Assembly: GCA_951406725.2 (NCBI GenBank)
Contig: OX597816.1
Span: 27,528,001 to 27,592,000 of the forward strand
From: Octopus vulgaris
Lineage: Eukaryota
Direction: 5' to 3'
Length of the DNA: 64,000 bases
A model generated the notes under the pieces. The model had not been told where the DNA came from, searched no databases, and saw only the letters and a program-made list of their open reading frames with translations. Made by a program: the position numbers and the translations under genes. Position 1 is the first letter of the stretch; the number at the start of each line of letters is the position of its first letter. This document shows, in pieces, positions 53,545-64,000 of the stretch.

Positions 53545-53597
<53 letters not shown>

Positions 53598-53667
53598 CAT
53601 ATATCTACATATCTATATATACATACATATCTGCATATATTAATATATATGCACACGCACACACACC

Positions 53668-53714
<47 letters not shown>

Positions 53715-53716
<2 letters not shown>

Positions 53717-55385
53717 CTGAAATTTATAAAAAGATGACGAAGACAGGTATATGAACACCAAGCAGGTGTATTAGTTTGACGCTTGGAGAAAATGAAGAAA
53801 AGTCTTTTACACTTAGAATCTCCGCTCTTCAACAGAAAGTAATACGAGAAAATAAACAGAGAGAGAATGAAAAAAAACCTGTAGATTTAGCTCTCAGGCA
53901 TGGTGACTGATTAGAAAAAAGTTTGAAACAAGAGGTTGGAAGAAAGGAAGGTGCACCTGCTTGTGTATGTGAGAATGGTGTGTGTGTGTGTGTGTGTGTG
54001 TGAATAGGGGCTAGTGACTTTGATGTGTGTGGGTGTGTGCATCTGTAACATGTGGCACCTCATATAGTGGTATGTGTGGTGACGCTATTGAAGATTGTGT
54101 GGGTGTGTGAATGATGGTGTGCGGGTGTGTGGATGATGGTGGGGTGTGGGTACTGGGAAGTGGCCAGTACTAATGGGCGCGGAGTGGTGTGAGTGTGGGT
54201 GTGTGTATGAGATGTGTGTGTAGGGTATGTGTGGTGTGTGTGTGTGTGGTGTGTGTGTATGTGTGGTGTGTGTGTGGGTGTGGTATGTGTGTGTTTGGGG
54301 TGGTATCAATGAAGGGATGAGGTGCGTAGGAGTGAAGAGAGGAAGTAGGTGTCAGATGAAAAGAGGAGGAGGATTCAGGTGAGGAAAGGAAGGGGAGTGA
54401 GAGGAAGAGAGGAGGGGAGTTGAGCCCATTTGATGCAAAGGAACAAAGAGAGAAGATTAATTCCTGTTTACAGTGAATGTGGGAGTCCGGATGGCCCGTG
54501 TGAAAAGACAGTCTGAACACAGACAGATGTGATTGACTGGTAGAGTGGAAATGGCGCAAGACCGGCGTATCATTGCCGAGTCTGATGTCTCGGAGGTGCT
54601 CTGTGAACCGGTCAGCCAAAAGGCGTCCCATTTGACCGATATATAGGGAATGGCAGAAAGAACAGGAGATGCAGTAAATAACGTTGTTGGAAGTGCAGTC
54701 AGTCATGTGATAGGGACGATGATGGGTGCTTGTGAAGATGGTGGTGTAGGTGAGGTAGGGGCAAATACAGCAGCTTGGGCGGGAGCAGGGGAACGAGCAA
54801 GGCTGGAAGTGGGGTTAAGGAAGATACTGTGGACCAGAATATCATGCAGGCTGCGGGCTTGTTTGTAGTTGGGAATGGGTAGGTTGGGGAAGAGGCGAAT
54901 TGGGAGTAGGGTGTGGAGAGGCTGGTGTGGGTAGGGTGGGGGAAGAAATTAAGGTAGGAGTGTGAGTCGGTATGTTAGGTAGTGGATAGAGATAGTGAGA
55001 GCGTAGTGCTGTATACTGACAGAAATGTCGAGAAATACGATGGGAAAGTTAGAAATAGTGCAATAGAATTAGAGGGCAGGATGTAAGGATTGGACAAAAG
55101 GGAGGAAGGAATCAAGGTGTTCGTGTGAGAGTGAGGTCGCACTGATACAGTCATCGATATAAAAACCGTATAGTTCAGGAGTGGGGCCAATGAATCGTGA
55201 GAATATTTGGGCCTCAACGTAGCTAACGAACAGGTTCGCATAGTTGAGGACCATTCTTGTTCCCAAGGCCACTCCCGAGTTTGTTAGTAAAAATCCCTCG
55301 TGAACTAGAAACAGTTGAGGGAGAGAACAAGTACAGCTAAACGAAAAAGTGTGGGGGTGTCAGGCTGGGGGGATGGGTCGAAGGT
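53715..55385 (-). mobile_element. Penelope-like element (Neptune-like): RT relic + GIY-YIG endonuclease + 3' pLTR with degenerate hammerhead
   Basis: RT: LFRLAVLVLSLNCF.., GVALGTRM..NYANLFV, YIDDC (55030-55385). GIY-YIG: CTSNNVIYCISCSFCHSLYIGQMGRLLADRFTEHLRDIR...NGLN (54410-54706). The 3' segment 53715-53905 is homologous to family alpha. Confidence 0.88.
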
Positions 55386-56018
55386 CCAGAAAGTGTCAGG
55401 TTAGGGATTGTCTTTGGTACGCCCGGAGTGATAACGGAAGATATTTGTTCAAGACCAAGGAGCCACGGAGTAGAACTGAGCCCGAGACCAAGTGGCTGGA
55501 AAGTAAGCTTACCACCATACAGCCACTCCTGTGGTTTATGTGTACGTGAGATTCCCCAGAAAAGCCAATTACCGTGTAGTAGGAGAAAACATACAACTTA
55601 TTATAAAGATTAGATAAAATACGTAACTAATGCTATATGAAGCTTTAAAATACAAGACCTCAACACATATTGCATAATAGCCAGGTGCTCAGATATCAGG
55701 GCATGGATCACATTTACACACACACACACACACGCACATTGAAGCACATACACAAAGATGCACAGACGCATACTCATTCTCAAACACACATGCATTCACA
55801 CACATACATACACACTCAAACATACACGCATATGCATGTGTATAGGTGTGTGTGTGTGTGTATCTATATATGTATTTGCACATAAACACTTACACACAGC
55901 TACACAGATGCACTCCTTTATAGATACAGTGAGAGGGGAAGAGAGAAATATGTGTGAGCGTGTATTTTTTTGGGTGTAACACACACTGACATATTTATGT
56001 ATATATACATATATATGA

Positions 56019-56410
56019 AGGCGTAGGAGTGGTTGTGTGGTAAGCAGCTTACTTACCAATCACATGGTTCCGGGTTCAGTCCTACTGCGTGGCACCTTGG
56101 GCAAGTGTCTGCTACTATAGCCTCCAGTCGACCAAGGCCTTGTGAGTGGATTTGGTAGACGGAAACTGAAAGAAACCCGTCGTATATATGTACGTGTGTA
56201 TATATGTTTGTGTGTCTGTGTTTGTTCCCCGAACATTGCTTTACAACCGATACTGGTGTGTTTATGTCCCTGTAACTTAGCGGTTCTGCAAAAGAAATCG
56301 ATAGAATAAGTACTAGGCTTACAAAGAATAAGTCCTGGGGTCGACTTGCACGACTAAAGGCGGTACTCCAGCATGGCCACAGTCAAATGACCGAAACAAG
56401 TAAAAGAGAG
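56019..56410 (+). mobile_element. CORE-like SINE, full length
   Basis: Same family as 19381-19805. Confidence 0.9.
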
Positions 56411-57470
56411 TAGGCACTGTGTTGGGCCCACTTCTCGTCATCATCTACATAAATAATATTACTGATACCATCAAACACAGTAACATCAGAACCTTCGCTG
56501 ATGACTCCAAGCTCCAGAAGGTCATCAATGGCGTGGATGACCGAATAAACCTTCAGTCAGACCTACTGGCTGTTGTCCAATGGGCGGAAAAGAATAACAT
56601 GTTGCTAAATGAAGACAAATTTGAACTGATCCACTTTGGAAGGGAGGACGCTCTGAAACTCCCATACTCTCTTCCTTCTGGAGAAATTCTCATGGCATCC
56701 AACAACATCAGAGACCTGGGAGTAACAGTGGACAACAACATAAGCTGGGCTACACATATAAGCAGCAAAGTTGACATGGCCCGCAGAATGTGTTCCTGGA
56801 TTCTCAGAACCTTCCAGTCGAGAGATTCCCACGCTATTATCCTTCTCTTCTCCACTTTTGCCCGACCCCACCTTGAATACTGCTGTCCACTGTGGTCTCC
56901 CTACACAAAACAAAATATTATGAGAATTGAAGCTCCCCAGAGGTCAATCACAAAAAAGATAGATGGCATGTCAGACCTTGACTACTGGGGTAGACTAGAG
57001 AAGCTGAAATTGTATTCACTCCAACGACGCCGTGAACGCTACATTATCTGTATGATGTGGAAAATATTCCACCAGCACTGTCCGAATGATGTTGGCATCA
57101 CCTTCAAAATGCATCCAAGGCTTGGACCACGTGCCATCCGTCCACAACAAAAATCTAAATCGCATCACATAACGACAATACGGCACAACTATTTCACCTC
57201 AATTGGACCTGCTCTCTTCAACATTACACCAGGGCACGTCAAAAAAGAAACTGACCACACAAAATTCAAGAAGTCTTTGGACAAATTCCTTCAAACAGTA
57301 CCGGACAAACCACCCACACCCGGATATGTCTCCGCAAACAATAACTCTCTGCTCGAATGGGCCTTGGTGCCCAAATCCTGAACTGAAAGACTTCACCAGG
57401 TGGTGCTATTAAGTTAGACATGGCCTGGGCCAATAGTGGCCAAAACCTTTCTAAGTTATTCTAAGTTATA
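56411..57470 (+). mobile_element. CR1-group LINE, 5'-truncated (open RT C-terminal frame 56419-57381)
   Basis: GTVLGPLL.IIYIN, FADDSKL, WAEKNNM.LN..K, RDLGV, RPHLEYC..WSP, RLEKLKLYSLQRRRER; 3' end with short repeat CTAAGTTAT x2. Confidence 0.9.
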
Positions 57471-57480
57471 TAAGTGTATA

Positions 57481-57528
<48 letters not shown>

Positions 57529-57569
57529 ATATATAATTATATGTATATATGTATATATGTATATATATA

Positions 57570-57636
<67 letters not shown>

Positions 57637-57941
57637 TGTATGTATGTATGTATGTATGTATATATGAGTTTTATCTCGCTGGAGAAATATGTTGTGGCTT
57701 GCAGCTCTCAGTTCCTTGAACATCTCATGAGATTGGTGATTTTATGTGGTTATTCGAGTTATGTCTTTTAACTCTTATTTCTAGCAGTTGCAGGTGCTAG
57801 TTTATACCCTTATTTATGTATTCTGCCATTTTGGTTTTTAATTGCTGTAGCCACCCGTATCATAATGTATTTAATATATCATATTATTAATTTATCGTTA
57901 CAATATCATATTGTATTTTTATATATGCTTGTATACACACA

Positions 57942-57981
<40 letters not shown>

Positions 57982-58179
57982 GTATATTTGACTTTTCGTG
58001 TGTGAGTGGGTGTGTGAGTGGGTGTGTGAGTGCATGCGTGTAAGCGTGTGCGTACATTCATACGCAGCGACTTAATCGTGTTTAGGCGGTTGTAATTTTA
58101 TATGCAAATATCGGCGTACACATATTTTAACATATATACTCGTATAACTGGATAAGCAGAAACATTCAGTATATACTCT

Positions 58180-58587
58180 GTTACACTTTTACTATTTTAC
58201 TTGTTTCAGTCATTTGACTGCGGCCATGCTGGAGCACCACCTTTAATCGAGCAACTCGACCCCGGGACTTATTCTTTGTAAGTCCAGTACTTTTTCTATC
58301 GATCTCTTTTGCCGAACCGCTAAGTGACGGGGACATAAACACACCAGCATCGGTTGTCAAGCAATGCTAGGGGGGAAACACAAATATACACGCTCACACA
58401 CATATACATATATACACATATATACGACGGGCTTCTTTCAGTTTCCGTCTACCAAATCCACTCACAAGGCCTTGGTCGGCCCGAGGCTATAGTAGAAGAC
58501 ACTTGCCCAAGGTGCCACGCAGTGGGACTGAACCCGGTACCATATGTTGGTAAACAAGCTACTTACCACACAGCCACTCCTGCGTCT
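58180..58587 (-). mobile_element. CORE-like SINE, full length
   Basis: Same family as 19381-19805. Confidence 0.9.
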
Positions 58588-58718
58588 ATTATATGTTCAC
58601 AAATTTTCCTCAAACCATACATGGGGACCCATACATACGCACAAACATAAAAATACACATTTGCACACACACACGTATATGACTGTATACATACATGTAT
58701 GTGTATATATATGTATAT

Positions 58719-58911
58719 ACAATTTATAGGTAAGGGCAAAAGAAAAAAAATTATAATGCCAAAATATGCCGAAAATGGACACTACGTCAATAACCATGTA
58801 ATATATCACTTGTGCTTGTGGTGATATATTACGTGGTTATTGACGTAGTGTCCATTTTCGGTATATTTTGGCATTAGACATTTTTTTCTTTTGCCCTTAC
58901 TTATAAATTGT
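58719..58911. repeat. Fold-back, arms of about 90 bp, 11-nt loop (58810-58820)
   Basis: ACAATTTATAGGTAAGGGCAAAAG...GGACACTACGTCAATAACCA / TGGTTATTGACGTAGTGTCC...CTTTTGCCCTTACTTATAAATTGT. Confidence 0.93.
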
Positions 58912-59117
58912 TTATAAATTTAACCCTCAAAGGTATTTTTTAATATGCTGACCATTGATAGAATTATTTTCGAAAAATTCTATCCTATATTAGATATATA
59001 AATACACACACACATATTTATATATGTGTGTGTGTATATATGTATTTATGTATAAATTTATATATATGTATATTATATATATATATATTTATACACACAC
59101 ACACAAACACACACACA

Positions 59118-59190
<73 letters not shown>

Positions 59191-59656
59191 GTGTGTACGA
59201 GTCCGTATATCCAGACTCATATAAATACAAAATATAAGAAACATGATCCGAAAATCAGGCTCTTGTTAGCTTCTGAGTATGTTAAAAGCAGATAGCACAT
59301 TTGAGAAATCGTGTATTTGATATTTGTTTATAATATATAATATATATGAGCGCAATGAAGTCAGTGAATTTTAGGAACCTTGCGGAATACTTCAGAGAAC
59401 TAGTATAAACAATATTTTTTAAAATACAAGAGAATTACTGATAGATATACATGCTAGCTTTAGGCGTGAATTAAATATATATATACTGAAACTATTCGCT
59501 ATATTATCAATTGGTATTGTGAGTACAATATACAAAAATAATGTGGTGTATGTTTATATGTTATATATTTCTTTCTATTTCGTTCATTCCATTTCGTTGT
59601 TTTAAAAATGTAAATATAACTCGAGACAAAAACTACTTACATTGCAGTTGACGACC

Positions 59657-59756
<100 letters not shown>

Positions 59757-59899
59757 TACATACAGATATATATATACATATACATATGCATATATACATA
59801 TATATGTACTGTATACATCTCATCATATGCGTGTGTGTGTCTATGTGTGTATGTGAAAATATCTAGTTTGTTAAATATAAATTACGACGCATCTATATG

Positions 59900-59940
<41 letters not shown>

Positions 59941-62149
59941 ACAGACATGCCAACAAATGTACATGTACAGATACAGCTACAGATGTAATGGAATAATATT
60001 TCAAAACGTAAGAAAATTAGTAAAATACTTTAAAAAAGAAACTCTGAAATTATAAATATTTGTTTTACATTCACCTCAAATGGATATCATTTTCAGAAAT
60101 ACATTTATTTATCATCATCTGTGGGTGTTGTGAAAGGAAAATTTACAGTATAGATTAATGATCTCTCAGGTCTCGAGTTCAAATGAATTGTATTTTGCCT
60201 TTGAACTAGTTATTTCTGTTTCACTCTTATTAGCACAGCCATCTTGTCCTTAGATATCTTTAGGGAGTAGTCTCTGTTGTAAACAAAATGGATCATAGCC
60301 ACTGTCTTTCTGCATTTCTCGTCTTCAGTTTAGAGACATAGCTGCAGCACTTTGTCGAAGATCACTTTACTCAGATGTTTAGAATGAGAACCAGATTACC
60401 GCAGAATGTAATTTATGATGGATTGCAGTTCCCGCCTGTGTAACATCTGTCTCGTGCTAGTTAACACGAGGAAGCCAAATTGCTCGAAGCAAGGTTGACG
60501 TCAGAGCTACTTTGTTAAGAAGTTTGCAATCAGGTGACTCTCCTATAATGGATTAGTAAGCAATTCTCTATCAGAAAAAAACCCCTCCATTTTCTTTTCT
60601 TGTTTTAAACCCTATCAATGCTGCTTATCTCATAGAGGAAAATTCCAGTACTTCTCTCTCCACTAGGGTCACTACTACCTACATATACACCACAAGGTGA
60701 AAGTAACCCTTGTATATTCAAACTAACAAGGCTACCAGTTTTGACATTGTGACTAATTGTGTATTGTCCCCATACACATTGTTGGATGGAAGGATCAAAT
60801 TTGAGAGGTAGACGCAAAAAATTAAAAAAATTAACACTATCAACCAGATGACATTTTTGTACTTTTAACATAGATATCTTGCAAACATTCAGGCCTTATA
60901 TCTGTTCAGAGAATAAGCTATTACGTGCAATTTTTTTCTCCTTTTCACTCTTATACTCAAAGAGACCCTGAAATATGCCATTGGCGCTGCGCTTCCTCCT
61001 TCGATTAAAGCTTTAAAAATGAACTAGATTATTTGGGGAGGTATCAACTAGATATTCTAGCCCTATTATCTAGAAACTGAATTTCAATAGCAGAATTGTG
61101 CACCGCTTTATGGGTTTTTACATACATGCATCACTAATTTTTCTTTAACACTCAGTCGGACATTACCTGTCGTAGCTCAGAATGAACAAGGGAAAGTGGA
61201 TAATATACTTAAATTTGGGCCCATTGGAACTAGTGCAACATATTAACATAGATCTGACAACTGGGCATGCAGATCGAAGGGATTTCGGAGTTTATATTTT
61301 CAATTTTAAAGCAGAATAAATCAGTTTTAACTGAATTACTTTTAAAATTACTGATTAATCTAAGTCCTTGTTTATTTATTGAAAATTAGCGATAGATTAA
61401 AATTAGTCATTAATATATGTTAGTGATTAATTTAAAAGTACTTGTGGATATCTGTGAATATGTTACCATTGAATAATGGCGAGTCCTGTAAAGCAAGAAA
61501 TACACTTCCAAGTATTTTTGAAGTTGTGGCTGCTTAATTTATTCAAACGCCAATGTTGCGTTTGGAATCGCCAAACACGATAGGATACATTTCTTATTTT
61601 ACTAAACCACTGAAACATTACACCTTGATCCTAATCGAAATGGGGAACAAAACTGAATCTGCTTTGTAGATATAGTGTTACCTTATAGTTAGCGAGGGAA
61701 GAGCAGTATTCATAATCCCTTATGTTGCAGATCCCCCAAAACTTGTAGGAATAAAGAAGGGAGTTATCTTCAAACTAGAAGCCTGGCTCAAATGCTTTCA
61801 ACCAAGTGAGCTCTTTTAACCTCCTCCCCACCACCAAGGACCATATCATGTAACTGTATCAGTGATGTCCTGATTTGATTGCTAGAAATGGATCAGAAGG
61901 ATCGTCTTGAAGATAAGAAACACATTTTCATGATGGAAAATTTTTTTTAAGTAAATGTCTCGGAGTCAGGTGGCAGGAACACCGCCTATTGACCCACCCT
62001 CCACCCAGTACTTGGCTGCTAAGTATTTTTATTGACCTCGATACGTGACTGATACTTAATAAACCTCGGAGTGATAAAAGACAAAAATGATAAGGTGAGT
62101 TTAAGCTACTCAGAAAATAAGAGGACGTAACTAAATGCAACAAAACACC

Positions 62150-62555
62150 AACCCTATCATTGCACCGTCGTTGTACCAGTTCTATCATTAGACCACCATT
62201 CTACCAATTCTATAAATCTACCAATTAATAATTCTAATTGTAGACCATTATTCTGTCAATTCTACCAATCCATAGTTCTACTACCGAACCACTATTCTAC
62301 CAATTCTACCAATATATCATAATTCTACCAATTCCATCAATTGATTATTAATCGACCATCATATACCAATTCTACTAGTACCTAATCCTAATAATAGATC
62401 ACTTTTCTACCAATTCTACTAATTCCTAAATCAGTCAACAGGCGACCATTCTATCAATTCTACCAATCCATTACTCTATTTTATAGTTCGCCATTCTACC
62501 AAGTCTACCAATCCATAATTCTACTAAGTGACCAACATTTTACTAATTCTATCAA
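62150..62555. repeat. Degenerate minisatellite built on (ATTCTACCA)-type units
   Basis: Recurrent CCATTCTACCAATTCTAC with a higher-order period of about 40 bp. Confidence 0.75.
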
Positions 62556-62675
62556 TGCCAAGAAACAATTTAGCCCATCATTCAGCTTGGAATTTATAAA
62601 TAGGAAAAAATCTTCCCTATCTGCTGTTCATCTAAGGCTGAATATCATATACACTTACTTGCTATTAAAAGTGGG

Positions 62676-63091
62676 TTACTCTTTACTCTTTACTCTTTTA
62701 CTTGTTTCAGCCATTTGACTGCGGCCATGCTGGAGCACCGCCTTTAGTCGATCAAATCGACCCCGGAACTTATTCTTATAAGCCCAGTACTTATTCTATC
62801 GGTCTCTTTTGCCGAACCGCTAAGTGGCGGGGACGTAGACACACCAGCATCGGTTGTCAAGCAATGCTAGGGGCACAAACACAGACACACAAACACACAC
62901 ACATATATATATATATATACATATATACGACAGGCTTCTTTCAGTTTCCGTCTACCAAATCCACTTACAAGGCATTGGTCGGCCCGGGGCTATAGCAGAA
63001 GACACTTGCCCAAGATGCCACGCAGTGGGACTGAACCCGCAACCATGTGGTTGGTTAGCAAGCTACTTACCACACAGCCACTCCTGCACCT
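62676..63091 (-). mobile_element. CORE-like SINE, full length
   Basis: Near-identical reverse complement of 19381-19805. Confidence 0.9.
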
Positions 63092-63289
63092 GCATATATC
63101 TGTTACGAATTACTATGATAAACTTGTAATCACCCTAAACCCATAAAATCCGACATCGGAAAGCATTGAGGAAAAGACAAATCAACTAAAACTTGTCATC
63201 TAACACCAAAGTAGACTCCCTATCAGAGATATCAAGTGAATCTCCCTCAGATCAAGCCTTTCCATCTTAGGAAAGGGAACATTGGTTGT

Positions 63290-64000
63290 TGTAACACGAG
63301 GACAGTATGTGGTATGATGTACGACTTCTCGTCGTCACTGTTATATCTGAACAGACAGTTTTTCGAAATCAGTGACGGACGTTACTAGAAAAAACGCTTA
63401 AGTATTTGCATACAGGTCTTCCTTTTCATCGTAAACCGGTGATTACCGCCCGTTGACAAGAGGCAACTACCTCGAAACTGCGGTCCGTGCGTATCACTTA
63501 GGCTTACGAGAGAGGGATGACCTCCCTTTGCAAATACCATAAGGGCACAGATAGTGTGCCTAAAGTCAGCTGGAGACGATGATCTTCTGGGGCTAAAAGC
63601 TACAGTAACACCATGGTTAGCCATATTGAGATGGCTAGTATACTTTACATTGTTATAATACTGTTTCTGATGTTCCCCTGTTACTCTCCAACTGTGTATC
63701 TTCAACAAGCATTCCACGATATCTCTATTCAGTAATCTACAAGGTAAATTTCTGCAGTGCAAAAATTTATGAAATTTCTTTACTGCAACGATAATAGCTA
63801 ATACCTCTTTCTCTGTCTGGGTGTAATTTGTTTTTGCGCTGATAGTAATGTACGTGACGCATGTGCGATCGGTTTTACGTTACCATTTTCCAACTTAAGT
63901 AAGATTACTGCTCCGATCCGAGACTCGCTAGCATCTGATGCTACAATTATTTTTAGTTTCGGATCAAAATGTGCAAGAGATAGCTCTGACGTTAACATCT
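63290..64000 (-). mobile_element. Gypsy/Ty3 LTR retrotransposon pol relic (RNase H, integrase trace); runs off window end
   Basis: LAHFDPKLKIIVASDASESRIGAVI...KPIAHASRTL followed, after a frameshift, by EKEVLAII.AVKKFHKFL; SD.HGPQF at about 63480-63500. Confidence 0.85.

Noticed and set aside
62150-62555. CRISPR-like repeat-spacer array
   Set aside because: Degenerate eukaryotic minisatellite with no unique spacers and no cas genes.

Overview
AT-rich, microsatellite-saturated eukaryotic intergenic or intronic DNA. The SINE families and repeat density suggest an octopus (coleoid cephalopod), which is my inference. I found no convincing host protein-coding gene; nearly all ORF-track entries are translations of (TA)n, (CA)n, (TATG)n or (TATC)n. 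Real coding signal is retro/transposon-derived: a near-intact, 5'-truncated Tx1/L1-type LINE ORF2 inside a (TATC)n tract, several R4/Dong-type LINE relics in (CATA)n and (TAA)n tracts, RTE and CR1-type fragments, a Neptune-like Penelope (RT + GIY-YIG) relic, a Gypsy pol relic, Tc1/mariner relics, MITEs and three tRNA-derived SINE families. The most interesting signal is a set of about 9-11 short (TA)n-associated elements carrying minimal type I hammerhead ribozyme motifs. Several have recurrent non-canonical cores (CUGUNGA, CCGACGA, a possible A3-U8 swap). One copy sits directly at the 3' end of the Penelope relic, which suggests its autonomous source. Many long fold-back elements are also present. 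All folds and alignments were done by eye, and boundaries are approximate unless stated.
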